From contig CM022671.1 of assembly GCA_012295275.1 (NCBI GenBank), positions 7,750,001 to 7,814,000 on the forward strand: DNA of 64,000 nucleotides. Direction: 5' to 3'. The DNA is from Chrysomallon squamiferum (taxonomy: Eukaryota; Animalia; Mollusca). How positions within the stretch are numbered: position 1 is the stretch's first letter; each line of letters begins with the position of its first letter. Under the pieces are notes generated by a model, which worked only from the letters and a program-made list of their open reading frames with translations, was not told the DNA's origin and made no database searches. The position numbers and the translations under genes are program-made. Of this stretch, positions 13,134 through 47,763 are shown one piece after another.

Positions 13134-13563
13134 AAATAAAGGACAACTTTCTAAACATTCTTTTCTGTGTTTATAACCTTTGCAACTTTAGTTTGGTTCG
13201 TTAAACTGAAATAGATAGGACAGCTGTTACAAACTCGACGGGAACATCTTTCCCCTGCACGGGACGACACTGCTAGACTAATCAATAACAGACGCCTGTC
13301 CATCCTAGGTTTCTGATATCGTGCAAAATGGCGAACATGTCGTGAAAAATGTCGAACATGGTATATACTCCGAACACAACTGAATAAAATATTGTTTTCC
13401 ACTTTTCCACGTAAAAAAAAAAAAAATGCCGTTCACATAAATATTATTCCAGTATGGTGCTGTCGCTGTAATCAGATACCGAGTGAAAACGAGGCATACG
13501 TGTCTGTCAACTTTGCTGGAATGCTTTTTTTTTTTTCTTTCGTTTTGTTTTTATCTGTCTTTA

Positions 13564-13616
<53 letters not shown>

Positions 13617-14261
13617 GACAGACACGCACACACACACACATACACACACACAATATACATACATACATACATACATGTATATATATATATGTATATGTAT
13701 GTATGTATGTATATGAGTGTAAGTGTGCATATACATTGTGTGTGTGGTTATTATGTATATTTTGTTTTTAAACTATTGATTTTTCTTTTTTTTTGTGGTA
13801 TATTATACATACATATATATATATATATATAGATAGATATAGATAGATAGATAGATATTCATACATATATTGGTATATATGTCTACTGTTTGTATATGTA
13901 TGTTTTTTTTTCTCAAAACTATTGATTTTTTTTTTTTTTTTTATTTTTTTTTTTTTTTTTTTTTGTAACGTACTAGAATATAAAATATAAATTATTGAAA
14001 TAATAGGTTCAGTCAGTAGAGAAATAACCTAACAAGATAATGTTATCATTTTGTAACGAATCTGATTTTTATTTTTTTTATTTTTTTTTTGTTTGGGCGG
14101 GAGGGTTTTGGGGCGGTGGGGGTGATTTTAATAGCATAATTTATTTTTAAAAACAGATTAAACTTTTTAGTAACATTTATTGATGAAATAAAAATTAAGA
14201 CAATAAAAAGTAAAAAAAAAAAAAAAGAAAAAAAGAAAGAAAGAAAGAAAAAAAAAAAAAG

Positions 14262-14295
<34 letters not shown>

Positions 14296-14395
14296 AAGAA
14301 AGAAAATAGAAAAAGCAAAAGGAAAAACCTTTCCTTCACATTTGATTGTGTATTTATTTGTGTCTGGGAACGTCTATGTGTGTGTGGGTGTTTAT

Positions 14396-14430
<35 letters not shown>

Positions 14431-14800
14431 TACATGCACACATATCATTATATTTAAATGTTTGTTATTGGGGTTTTTTCGTTATGATAATTTTGCTCCT
14501 TAACTATCCCCCACAAAATGTTAGTCATTATTACAATTCATCATATTTCTTATTTTACATACATTCATATTTAAAAAAAAAAAAAAAAAAAGATATATAA
14601 ATATATGCCTAAAATGAATGTATAAAAAGAAATAAATGTATCGATAATAAAATGTACATCGAAATGCTTACCTCAACTTTTCATGTTACATCAGCGGAGA
14701 AGTCAGTTGAAACTGATGAAACTGGTTCTAGAGTCAGTCTGTCATTAAAACAAACAATACGCGCCCAGGCAGAAAGTACGTGACACATTACAGCCTATAG
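13134..14800 (-). other. Candidate non-coding first exon(s) of the multicopper oxidase
   Basis: The coding exon begins with an acceptor, so an upstream exon is needed. Two complex-sequence islands end in good minus-strand donors: TTT|GTAAGT (exon end 13134) and GAG|GTAAGC (exon end 14672). The 5' limits are approximate. Confidence 0.35.
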
Positions 14801-14995
14801 ATCCGTCTGCCTGCAAACGTTTTCGATATACGTGTTTCATTTTATTCCTGCATGTTTTTCACTCGTTCGCTTATCTGGTGATTATGTTTCGGGAGGACTG
14901 TTTTCTTTTGTAATTTTTATATTTTATATTTTTTATTTTTTATTTATATACTTACTTTTTTATTTTTTTTTATTTTTTGTTTATTTATTTTTATT

Positions 14996-15026
<31 letters not shown>

Positions 15027-15851
15027 GTCGTTGCTTCTTGTTTATTTTGGTTTTATTTGTTATGTTTTGGGGATTTTTTTTTTTGTTGTATTTTTATTAA
15101 TTTGTGTTTATAATATATATAATTTATTTATTTATTATTTGTTATTTTTTATTTTATTTAATTCCTATTACTTGAACAAATATTTATTTTTGTTTACTTT
15201 ACATTTTTTAATTGTGTGCTATTGTTTTTTGCTTAATTTATTTGTTTTTTTTATTTATTACTCAACCATTCGTTCTTTCATTAATTTTTTCTTATTTATT
15301 CTGTCGAGTTTTTGTTTATACATATATAAAATTCCATTTATTTATTATTATTTATTATTATTTATATTTTTAATTAACATTCTAGTACCACAAACAGAAC
15401 ACAGTTAAATGAATATATAAACCTGAGACAAGATTAATTTTCCAATTGACACAGTAGTTGTCTAGAAACAAAGTACTGTAGCGATTAAATGTCGTGCGTA
15501 CGTGATTGCTTTTATCGCAAAGTCAGATCGAGGTCACAAATGGTTTTCATTATCTTGGTTTCCAGGAAACTTAAAACGTATGTTAGCAAGCAGTCTGTTG
15601 CTATGGCGGTTTTTCAAATATAAAAAATTCGGGCTTAGGGGTTATTAAAGTGCTGTGGAAACTAAAAAACTGTTTAAAAATATTTATATAAGGAGTTACG
15701 TCATCAGACTCATTTATCAATCGCTAGTATAAAATTATGATCAAACTTTAACAACCTGTCATTTATTCGTTGACTTTCACTCTCGCAGTTTGCTGTTGTT
15801 ATTGTTTTTGTTGTGGTTGTTATTATTATTACTAGTGTTGTTGTTGTTGTA

Positions 15852-15902
<51 letters not shown>

Positions 15903-16476
15903 ACTATTATTATTATTATTAATGAAGAATACATTTTTAGCGACATATTTCAATATTTACGATAATCATGTGTTAAAAATACGGTTACTTTGACGTTACC
16001 TTTTGTATAATAACCATAGTAAAGACGAAATCACTGTTAGCAGCAAAAGATGTTTTATCACGCACCTTCCCATAGACAGAGAAAAATGCCTTTAATATAT
16101 CAGTCGTGAAGGACTGAATGAAGAGCACTCATGTTTTATTTCTGAGCCTTAGTACTGAAAACACTTCACTTTTCAGTGACTGTTTTTATCAACAAGGAAA
16201 GATTAGATCTGGAAATATAATGTATTTCAAATTATCGGACAACCGATAGTTAGTTTTATTCACACATTATATAAAAATAATCAGCTGTATTAGAATTCAC
16301 AGTACTACTTTTACAGTATCTGCTGCTGTTACTATTTCTTCTTCTGCTATCAATACTGCTACTGCTATTACTACTATCACTACTAGGCCTTTTAGCAGTA
16401 CTAGTTCTACCACTATAAGATATAGCAGAACATAAACAACAACAACAGCAACAACAACAACAATAAAAACAACAGC

Positions 16477-16525
<49 letters not shown>

Positions 16526-16997
16526 GCAACAACCACAACAATGACTATAATTATTTTCAGATTACTTTTTGTTTTAAACATATCTGTAAAACTAGAATTA
16601 TTTCTCTCTAAGGGTGGTACTCCCTGCAACGTGTCCACAAACAAGGCCATGTTCTGAAGGTTAAAACAACAAGAAAAAGAGAAAAAGCCAAGAAGAAAAA
16701 GTTTATTATTTGTGCATGCGCTTACATTACTTCATCGTTTCTGAAGCTGCTTTGTTAGGGAAATGTTCATTTATTATAGCTCCAATAGTTTTAGGAATAG
16801 TGTATGTATTGTTGTTGTATGGTTAATCAAATTAATTAATCTAATAATAATAAAAAGTAATAATAAGGTGAGCAGTTTCAAACAGAGCCATGAAGACAAA
16901 AAACAAAGGATAAGAATTTTTTTATTTTGTATATATTTTTTTCTTTCGTTTTCTTCTTCTAAATATCCATCCATTCATCCATCCATCCATCCATCCA

Positions 16998-17028
<31 letters not shown>

Positions 17029-17119
17029 TAAAGAGTCAGTTAATTTGAAAAGTAACAATCTTCATTAAGTCTCTTATGAATTTGCTTACTGCAAAGCGGG
17101 ATTGTATGATTTTTCAACG

Positions 17120-17203
<84 letters not shown>

Positions 17204-17960
17204 TGTTTTGTTTGTGTGTGAGTGTGTGTGTGTGTGTCCAAAGCTTCTTCTGATATCATTATCGCCTTTGTATAAAACGACACTTGTGTTACTTGGACAG
17301 TTTGGAATGCCATCATGTGAAAACATACAATATAAAACAATGACATTTTTTTTTGTGTTAAACCAAGCTAGAAATTTAGTGTTACGCTAACCCAATGAAA
17401 CTTTATAAGTTTAGATTATCGTGAAGGTAAACTGAATAAGAATACAAACTTAAATTAAAACTGCTACTCAGTAATTCCAAAAATGTTGAAAATAAAAGGA
17501 AAGTACATACTATAGCCTATGATTTCATTGTCATTGGACACATATATTATTATCATCATTACCATATGCATCATCATCATCATCATCTTCATCTTCATCA
17601 TCATTATTACTGGCATAACAATAATCATAATTATATAATTGTTATTGGTAATTTATAGGGTTGACTCCATTTTGACCAGTAGGATTAGCGTGGTAAACAT
17701 ACTTCATTTACTTGTAAACACATTTATTTATTTATTTATTATTATTATTATTATTTTTTTTTTTTCTGTTTATACATTTTTTCTTTTCTTTTTTTTTTTT
17801 TTTCGTAATCGAAAGAATCAAATTTTATTTCCACTTTCTAAAATTATTTCTCGTATTTTATTTACCATTACATTCAGGTAACCGAAACTTCATTTAGAGT
17901 CCTAACACATTTGTTCGTCTTATACAATGAATAATATTGAAAATCTCGGATAAAAATTTA

Positions 17961-18022
<62 letters not shown>

Positions 18023-18858
18023 GGAATCAGATTTTGTGGGTTCATAAAATTAATAAAAATAGGAATATAATTATAACTAAAAACAACATGGCAGCCAAAG
18101 TTTGATGAAAGAAAAGAAGATGTAAACCTTAAATTTAGAATACTGTGTTGACGTAAGCTGCACTGTCGATAATACGTCAGAGGATGTTACTGCTCCGTTT
18201 TTTATTTTTTTATTATTATTTTTTTTCTGTCATTCACGATTACACGAATTTCTTTTAATATGTTAGCCTGTAGCCATTAACGTTTTTCTTTTAATTTATG
18301 TATTGATTTATTGATTTATTATTATTATTAATTTATTATATATTATCATTATTTCAAAAGTGCTAGGGTGCATTTATCTAATTAATATGTATGTGCTTGA
18401 TGTCGATTTAGTGTATGTAGGCATTAGTACACTAGTGTATAAGTGCATCTAGTGTTAACAAAATCTAATGTTAAAGAGTTTAGTTTCATATCAGAATCTA
18501 GTTATGCGAAGATCTAGAGATTACAAGAATTAGTGTATTCGTAGATCTAGTGATTATAAAATTTAATTGTAGTGGTTACAAGAGTTAGGAAATGTATGCA
18601 TCTAGTGTTTGGATGGTATAAGAAACAAAATATGTTGCCATGCACATGGATAGTAATCGTCTATGTTATTTTATATGCAACTTTACAAAGACAACATATG
18701 TATGATAAATATATCATGAATACTGCCTGGGACGGGAAATGGCCAATAATAGCATTTAATAAATTACACGGGTAATACTGCTGTAATGGGAAACAGCGAT
18801 ACAAAAATGTCAATTACAATTTATTGCTATGAAAAGTATTTTGGAAAAGAAAAAGTAA

Positions 18859-18930
18859 TTCCCAAGCGGGGAATCGAACCCCGGCCGTCGCGGTGAGAGC
18901 GCGAAATCCTAACCACTAGACCACTTGGGA
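18859..18930 (-). tRNA. tRNA-Glu-CTC: tRNA-Glu, anticodon CTC
   Basis: Minus strand reads TCCCAAGTGGTCTAGTGGTTAGGATTTCGCGCTCTCACCGCGACGGCCGGGGTTCGATTCCCCGCTTGGGAA. Acceptor stem TCCCAAG/CTTGGGA, anticodon stem TCGCG/CGCGA around CT-CTC-AC, T stem CGGGG/CCCCG. A and B boxes are intact and an oligo-T Pol III terminator follows. Confidence 0.97.
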
Positions 18931-19480
18931 ATGTTGCTTAAATATGTTCAAAATAATATATTTGTATGTTAGACATCAGTTTGATGCGAAACTAATTATG
19001 TAAAATTTGTAATATACATACTACTGATTAAACACTCACACCCTAAAAATATTATGATTTCTTGAAAGAACATATTTAATTTTAAATCATTTCGCATTCG
19101 TTATCCGTGAAGTAAAGCTAGCAGTTTATTATTTTAGACTGATTCTCCCTCAATTTATTACTATTGAAATATATTCTTTTTTTGAAGCGCATCAATAGTA
19201 AAAATGACAGTTAACTGAAGCCGTTAACTCTATTTTGCAAAAGATTAGAAACACTCATGCTTTTTATTTTTTGGTTATCTTTCGTTAATTGTTTCAGCGT
19301 TATGTAGCTTAATTTTTTAAGATCTTTTCAAAATCTGTTGCTCTGTGAAGGGTACTGCAGCTGCAGTAATAAATTTGAATGTTGGACATTTTTGTTTTAG
19401 TCAGTTTCTTAACAGGCGATTTCATAAAGTAGAAGTAATACTATTTTGATTTTGGCGCGTTTACGATAATATTATTAACT

Positions 19481-39033
<19,553 letters not shown>

Positions 39034-40946
39034 GACAGAGTAATGTGTGGTAATTTCACATGAAGTGATGAGAAACTTTATCAAAACAATATTGAGTCAT
39101 AGTGATTGTATTCTTTCTTTTCTTTTCTTTTTTTGTCTTTTTTAATTCTTTCCTCCAGGTTAAATAACCTGTTTTTACTTGTTTGAATAGTAATAATGTA
39201 AACATCAAATTAAACACAACATACAGTAAACCAAAAAACAACCAAAAATGAAGAAATATATATTTGCCAAAATCGAGCATGAATGATTTTTAAAATCTGT
39301 ACATGCATGTTTTAATTTTCATAATCGTCTTCTATTTCTTTAATTTAATATTTTTAAAAAATTGTTTATTATTATCATTTTTTTTACTTTTTTTGGTCTC
39401 TTTTTGTGTCAGATAAATTTATGTTAATTTTGCATTGATGGTCTGTTAAAAAGAAAACAATTTTTTGTTACATCCAAATCATCTTTGTATTTACTCACTG
39501 ACATACATCGAAAAGCTTTAAAAAAAATGGTGTAAATAATGTAAAAGGGTACTTGGTAATGTGTGTGTCCTTATAATTAAAGTATGAATGCATCATCTTT
39601 GATCAGTTAAAAAAAAAATATATATATATTAATTTGCCTTTTATTCGCACTACTTTTTTTCAAATTGATCTAATTTCATTCCTTTTTATAATGATTTCTT
39701 TTCTTTTTTATTTGTTTATTTGTTTATTTACTGCTTTCTTTTTACTTGCATATTTTATTTTATGTATGTCATACCAGGTTGGGCATTACTTCATTTGAGA
39801 AATTTATGCATTAAGGTAGACCCTATGTCAGTAACCAAAAATATATTGCACTTAAAATATTTCAGTTTTAAACAAAACAAAAAATACCCCCCAAAAATAC
39901 ATCAATTATGTACAAAAGATAAAATGTAATAGAATATACAAAAAATATATATTTATAAAATACTAATTGTGTAGCTTTAACAAATTCCTTGACATTGCAG
40001 CTGATGTTCTATTTTAGAATCAAACAGATTTTTCAAATCTTTTATAAATCTTTTAGCCCTCATTCAAAAATTTTACAGCTGAAAATAGAAATCAAAAATA
40101 CATTCAATACCATTTTGTGCAGTCTCTCACTTGATGCATCGGATACCACGAAATGTAATTATATAATAATATAAAAATAAAAAGAAGAAAGTGATGAAAA
40201 TATGTGATATATTGATATGTTTCCATGTATGAACGGAATTTTTGTGTCTGAAAGATTATTAGTGATTTAAAAGTGATTTGATAAAAGTGATTTTGTTTCA
40301 ATAGTGAAAACGTTTAAGTAGTGTCTGACTTAAGAAATCAGGGATGTATGCAATCTAACGAACTTGTCAGGTCATAGTGTGAACGAAATTAATAAATGTT
40401 GTTGGCATGTCTTTAGATTTTCAATACCATAAAAATCAGTTTAATTATAAAGTATTGTGTTGATCTATTATTTTATTATTGTTACTTATTTTATTTCATT
40501 TTTTTTTTTTTTTGTTTGTTTGGTTTTATTTTAGTTTTTATTCACTGAATCAAGATATTAGTTGTATTGGAGGGAGGGGATATTCGGCATTCTTTTTATA
40601 GATATATATAGATATATATTACTTTAAAAAATATATCTTATCTAATGAAAAATCACTGTTTATAAAATATTTTGATATACAATAAAAATCTGTTCAGAGT
40701 AAAGTGTGTGACACTGCATATTTTAATATTTTTGACAGTTTGATAATCCATTTAAATTATGAAAGAAACTTGCATTTAACTACTTCAGTAAAGTGGTAGA
40801 CATTTTTTTGTTTTCTATCAAGGCATTCTGTTCAATAAAGTAACCTATTCATTATTAAAGATTCATGAAGCAAAATGTGTGCAATCTCTTACGTTCACTG
40901 TAACAAGCATTTATCTGTAAACATCACATTGTAATTTATATTTGTA

Positions 40947-40952
40947 AATAAA
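40947..40952 (+). terminator. Candidate DCAF1 polyadenylation signal
   Basis: AATAAA at the end of a U-rich 3'UTR-like tract about 1.9 kb after the stop, followed by T/GT-rich sequence. Other AATAAA copies exist upstream. Confidence 0.35.
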
Positions 40953-42449
40953 ACAATACTGGTGCTACTGAAAATTGTTTTGTCTTTTTAACATTAACAC
41001 GGAGTCACTGAGATGTTTATTTGGTTGATTAAAACTAAAGAAATAAGCTGGAGTTTGGATTGGAGATCATCTACAAGTGATACATTCTTAGTATCTGCAA
41101 CGATAAAACAATCCAGAACGAAACAGATGAGCAAGATCTGTGTGTTAAATATAAATCTGTATTATAGTAATGGAACCTTTTCTCTGTACCAGTCATTTGT
41201 TTAACCTATCCTTGCCTGCAGTACATCATCGCCATTTTGCTTCATTAAGTTCATGAAGCTGACATGGCAAATGACATTGATGCATTGCATTCGTGTTATA
41301 CAATTAATAACATGTTATATACTACAGTTATTTTATCTGCAGCTAAATAAAACGATTTTTGTCTTAACAGAATGTACACGTATCAATTTCATACAAACGG
41401 TTTATATCTGATAATTGGAATATCATTTTTATTCATTTATTTATGCTGTTGTATAATGAAAAATCATTTTACGTACACTGTAATGGTGGTACCCCGCCTT
41501 CCGAAATCCTGGATTCACTATGTAATAGAATTAATATTATTAACGATTAATTCTTTTTGTTGTTTTTTTTTTTTTTTTTGAGAAAAATTAACAGTAACAA
41601 GGGAAGTGACTCGTGAAGTTTTATAATGTTAAACGCGGGAAACTGGTTAAAATAAAATCGGATTTATTTATATACACATTTAATTACAATGAAAATTATT
41701 TCGTCTTCAAATTTACCTACGACTGTGGTGTGCCACTTCTGTTTTTTTTTTAACCTTGAATTAGCCCAGCAAACGAATTAGTGTCTAACAGCGGAAGTGG
41801 AATTCTTCAATTTATTCTAGCTAATAAAGAATTAAGATTTACTTTTTGATTTATTTTATTTTATTATTTTTTTTTTAATCGACACCCCGTACAAAAAATG
41901 TCTCAAGCTCCTCCTTTCAAATGATCTGTTAATACTGAGAGTTAAGTAGCAGATACTTGGTAGGTTACGGTCTTAAGAAGTATCCGAATGGTAATTTGCA
42001 TCAAAATCCCATTATGTCTGGTAATAACACGAACTAGTGAAGAATAAATTGCCTTATTTTTCAGTGTGAAGTATAATAGAAATAACGGAGTGTGTTGGAG
42101 TGTAAATGTGATAACTGTTAATGGTTTCGGAATGTGACGTTGATACAGAGCACTGGCATCTAGGACCGTAATAAAATGTGTCTACGTCAAGGTGTGAGAT
42201 TTTTATTTTCTTCTATTCTATCTTTACTGGCATGGTCTTCGATTTTTCTGTGATACGTTAATATTTAAAATAATATCAGTGTTTTACATCATTTATTAAT
42301 TAGAAATTAAATACGCGTGTATGTGTGTGTGTGTGTGTGCGCGCGCGCGAACATATGTAGTTATTAGGACTTCTACTAATTTCTCGACTTTTAAAAATTG
42401 TTTTTACATAAAATTGTTTCCATTTCCATTACAAATAAAAAATTATTAC

Positions 42450-42510
<61 letters not shown>

Positions 42511-43261
42511 AAGCATCTAAAACCATTGCCTATGCGATAACTTTGGTTTCTTCTCCCATGCTCAATCCACTATCTGTGACATTTGTCAGGTATCCATCTC
42601 ATTGCACTAGGGCTGTTATTAAATATCCCACCCCCATTATTTTATTATACGGTTTCATCTTAACGTTTATTCTGAAACAGGGTGCCATAAAACAACGTCC
42701 ATTATGACATTAAGTCCACAAGAACGCCAGAGCCCGCGAATTCCTGTGCCTCTGGGAACAGGACTTTTTAAAAACAATAACAACACTAGATATCGAGACT
42801 GTGACCGGAAATATCAGCGTTTGAGAGGAAGTCAACATGGACGGATCATTTGTCGCCTACTTGTGTTAAGCATCTGTAAACATCATTGTCCTCGGGTATT
42901 TTGTTGTCGTTGAAGAGGTGACCTCGGGTCAGCCAGCGAGTACGGACGATACACAATACGCCAACTGCCAGACAAACACAACATGTTATGAGAGCCACCA
43001 TGTCAGCAGAGGCCTGCACGGTGTTCTGATTTTACAAACATCATTATTTCCATCAAATAAAACACGACAAACGCAACTGGTTTACACGGGGTAATATTCA
43101 AGGGTATTCGTTGATGTCATTCCGCTGAGGGTCAGGGTGGATACGGGAATAAAAAAATACAAATGTACTGTGTACTCAAACCCTCAGTCAGATGGAAGAT
43201 GAAATGTTCAGTTGACATCTAATGATATATTGTTAGATCGTATGCATGTTTATTCTGTCTT

Positions 43262-43308
<47 letters not shown>

Positions 43309-46300
43309 GCTTTTTTATTTAAACTATTTATTTAATGTTATTGTTTTGGGGTGGGTTTTTTTAACCTTTCCTCTTTTTACGCTATACCTAATAAAATTGA
43401 TATCGCAAAAAATGCCATTGAATCACTGATTAGTATAAATTTATTTTATTTGTAATATTATTTATACTTCAAGTTATTAACTGCATTATTAATTGGAGAG
43501 TATAGTTCGATTTTTTTTTTTTCGAAGTACAAAACTGTTAATAAAACTATTCGTATTTAAAAAGTAACAACCCAGAAGTTAATAAGACATCACAATTACT
43601 TTTTTTGTGACAGTTAAGGGGAAAAAAATATGTTATAGATCTCGTTTCCTGAATTCCTTTGTGCCATTTATGTTCAAATGCGATTCAAGTAACCACAAGA
43701 AAAAAAAAAAACCTTACCGCTTTTTTTTTTTTTTTTTTTTTTTTTTTTTCGTTATTTATTTAAATATTTAAACATTTAGAGCTTATTCCCACCGCAAAGA
43801 AGACCTAATTAGACAACATAACAATCTGGTTTGTTTTTTCCTAGTATTTATGCATTCTTTTTTCTGTACGTCTTATTTCATGAGTGTTTTTCATGACTTC
43901 ATTTCGTCAATGAAATTAAAATGACACTGTAGATGATAATAATAATAATATAAATAATAATAATAATAATATAAATATAAATATTAATAATAATAATAAT
44001 CTCTTCAAACAACATATAGCCCTATTATTTGTATGCAGTTTTTAAAACACATATTTATTGACACAAACACTCCCCCCCCCTCTGAGATTACGCGTAGATC
44101 TGTCCTTACAGCTGAGAGGAATGTGTGATGTGTTTTGCCACATCAGCGTGTGAACGGAAGTGGGGAAAGAACGACACGCCTCGTTTGAAGTAAAAACACG
44201 GAGCGGCGTAACTGGAAAAGTAGACTGCTCAACACGCGAGTCTGCAACTTCGTGTCTCGCCGGAGTACAAACAGGTAAACTGTTTTGAAAACGCAAAAAG
44301 GAAATAAATTAATAAAGCTGGTTGAAAATATTTACATTCTTGTTCATTCGACTGACTGCAGATTTCCGTGTTGTAATTGTTTATTTATTTGTTTGTTTGT
44401 TTGTTTTTTGTTTTGCAACGTTTGAAGTTGCTTTTATTGTTAGCTTTTGGGGCTTTTCTTATTTGTCCAATTTTTTAATTTTTTAATTTTTTTAATTTGT
44501 TATTATTTTTACTATTATTAACAAAAGGATATATGAAGAAAATAAATAAATTAAGAGGTCTCTGTTAGTGATATAAATTTTATAAATAATTTTAATAAAT
44601 TATATTTTATACGCAAATTTTAGGGTTCTTTTCTGATGCGCTAACGTCATTCTTTTTCCCAACTCGTTTGATCTCTGTTGTCTGTTGGTGTTTTTCTTCG
44701 TTTATTTTATTTTATTTTATTCATTTATTTATTTATTTGTAAAGAAGAAGAAGAAGAAAGAACCAGCAGAGTATTATTAATGTTTCATTCAGACACAAGG
44801 CAAGAGGTTTTTGAGAGATCTTTAATTTAAAAAAAATATTTATTTATTTATTCATTTAGTTATTTATTTATTTTCCTTTGGAGAAGTTATTTTTTTTTTT
44901 TTTTTTTTTTTTTTTAAGTGACGAAGGAAAAACATTCAACCAGTATTAGTTAAGATTAGTTAGGATTAAAATCATTGTTTGAATAAACTGCTGGATATTT
45001 AGCATCATTTTAATATATTTTAAAAACTATGAAGTGGTTCTAAAAATCCAAACTTGTGTGTCGTAATAAAAGACATCATTACAAATCAGTTGTCTTACTT
45101 ATGTGACTTTATGTTCCTAACACACTAAACCTACACTGCTAGTAACTTTATCATTATAACCAACCAAACCTGTTGTTTTAACAAACATCATCACCGTATG
45201 AAGCTGGTCACTCCATCACTACACCAAACCAGTCCAAACTGAAGTTTCTGATAACTTTTCTAACAGAACAACACCAAACCAATCCAAACTTTATTAACAG
45301 AACAAACGAAAAACGTTTTATACTATTATAACGAAACAAATCTAAAATTAAAAACGAGTGCAGATTTTAGGAAATACCAAGCTTCTTCGTGTTGATACTC
45401 TGATTTGATCCACGGAAATATAACAATTGAAAATTACCGGTCTGACGCGAATACAATAGCTCGAGGTTGGTACGCACTGGTGGTACTACTGATTATGCCG
45501 AGATGACCTAGATACAGCTTAATATCCGAAACCTTTGTTACAGTATTAACACAGTGACACAGTAGTAAAAGAATTACAGATTTAGTTATTCAGATTAGTA
45601 AACCACACACAGCGGTTTTCTTTAGCACGTTATAAATCTTTAAAAAAAGATAAAAAAGAATCTCACCACGCAGACTACTGCTGATAGTCAGTTCTTATTT
45701 TTTTTTTTTTTTTTTTTTTATTTATTTATTTATTTTTTTATTTTATTATTTTACTTTATTTTATTTACTATTGTTGTCGTTGTTGGCTTTATTAACATTG
45801 TTGAATAGATCTGTTCCTAAATGATTTTAAATTCCAACTGTTATGCGTGAGTTTCAGGTTGCTATTTTAGGATCGTTTAAATAACTTTCAAAACGTTTTA
45901 TATTCGCTGAAATGATCTTTCGCCGTATTGTGTAATTATACTATGTAATCCAAAAATGTTAAAATTTTCATGTTAACAATAAAGCCTTGAGTTTCTTCCA
46001 TTGTTTAATTTGCTATATCATAATGAGTAATCTTTCCGCTTTATAAAAGTGCTTTCAACAAAATTGATGTATTGAATGAATCTATTCCATTTGTATATTT
46101 TTTTATTTTGAAAAAAATAATAATAAAATTAATAAATAAATAATAATAATAAAATAAAATAAAATTAAAACGTTAAATATAAAATTGTGACTTTCAAAAT
46201 TTTTTAAATTTCGTCTCAAAGTTCCTGACTTAAGTCACAACTTCTAAAAATTAACTCGTTCTAAACTCTCGTTATATAGCATGGCGCCGGCAACACGTCA

Positions 46301-47690
46301 CACACATTGAAAAAATCTGAAGACTGGGTCACGGGTCATGACCGGTTCACACCTATAAACTTTTCTCAGTGCTTGCGACTTCCGGCTGCAAAACATTCCG
46401 CGGTTGCTCCGCTGTTCTTGTGTGGCTTCGTCGACAACCAGCGTGTCCTGCCTGTTATCGGCGGTTCATCAGAAGGAAGACATACAACAACAAAAAGCGC
46501 AATTAAGATATTTCGTTTTCAATTACCATATATGACAGAGAGAGAGAATTTTTTAAAACAGCATTAAACATTTTTTGGTATTTCTTAAAAACAGCATTTC
46601 AAAGGGAAAGAACTCCAGTATTCCCATTTGTAGACCAGATTATAAATATGAATACATACCAGCGATTCTAATCTTATCAGTTCAAACATTTCCAGCCTTT
46701 GCTTTTAAGTTAACCCTCTTGTAATTATTATTACTTTAGCGACATCAAGTGTTAAATATAATACGTCAAGAAAGTGGTATCAACTCGTTTTTACCATCTG
46801 ACTGCACAGGTAATGTGGCAGTTGGTGAGTGCTCTGAAATGGAGATGGTAATTATCATGCCTTTCAACGTGTAATTAATTTTAATAAAAAATGTATATTC
46901 ATGTTTTCTGCTTCATGGGCCATAACCTCTTGAACCTTGTAACACACAGCTGTGGTTAGGGCAAATTACCGTACGAGCTTTTGGCTTGATTATTCTCCAT
47001 CACTCGTACCTTTCACAAAACGCTGAATGTCTATTTGTAAATAACCGTAATGATCAACACAAATTTACTAATATTAACATACGCACACATGATAAAAAAA
47101 AAAAAAAATAAAAAAAAAAATTAGATACACTGTAAGTAATTGTCATTGACCTCGTTTGGAAATTAAAAGAATAAAAAAATTTTAAAAAAAATCAACATAT
47201 AAGTGATGTTTAGCGAATTTTACGTTTTCAGGACTCTAATCACATTCACCAATGATTCCTGCATTAGCTAGAGAACAAAATAAACTAGCTCATTTTAAGA
47301 GTTCGAAATGAACTGAGAAAATAGTTTTCACGGGAGCACTCATAAAGAAAAATGGCATTGAAAGTAAATATAATATTATGAAAATCTATGATGATCATTT
47401 TTCAGCGCGCTGCTTTTTGAAACATTCCACAGACTGCTATGTAGCCTGTCTGGCGAGTTAATCAGTTTCTAAATAAACGTTTGTTATCAAAACCGTGAAG
47501 TTCTTTGTTTACTCATAATATACATTTTTTTCAAAGATAACCCCAACCCCTAGCTCATTGTTTTCTTCACAGAAATTCTTGTGTGACATTGCTATGTTGT
47601 GTAACTAATCAAAATAAAGCAACCGAAACCGATGGAAAGAATGAAAAAATTCCAAGCTTAATTTTGATTCCTCGTTGATTTACACACGCA

Positions 47691-47763
<73 letters not shown>

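Noticed and set aside
16030-16125. SINE-like relic sharing an AGCA(G/A)CAA(A/G)AGAT(G/C)TTTTA motif with about 5883-5902, plus other possible fragments at about 48390-48430 and a B-box-like GGTTTCGATCC near 51561
   Set aside because: Too short and degenerate to delimit or name without a repeat library.
18719-18790. AATACTGCCTGG and TAATACTGC resembling miR-8/miR-200 mature sequences
   Set aside because: Similarity ends after about 12 nt and no precursor hairpin arm is evident.
45221-45305. Short direct repeat ACACCAAACCA(G/A)TCCAAACT at 50-bp spacing
   Set aside because: Two-copy local duplication with no further structure.
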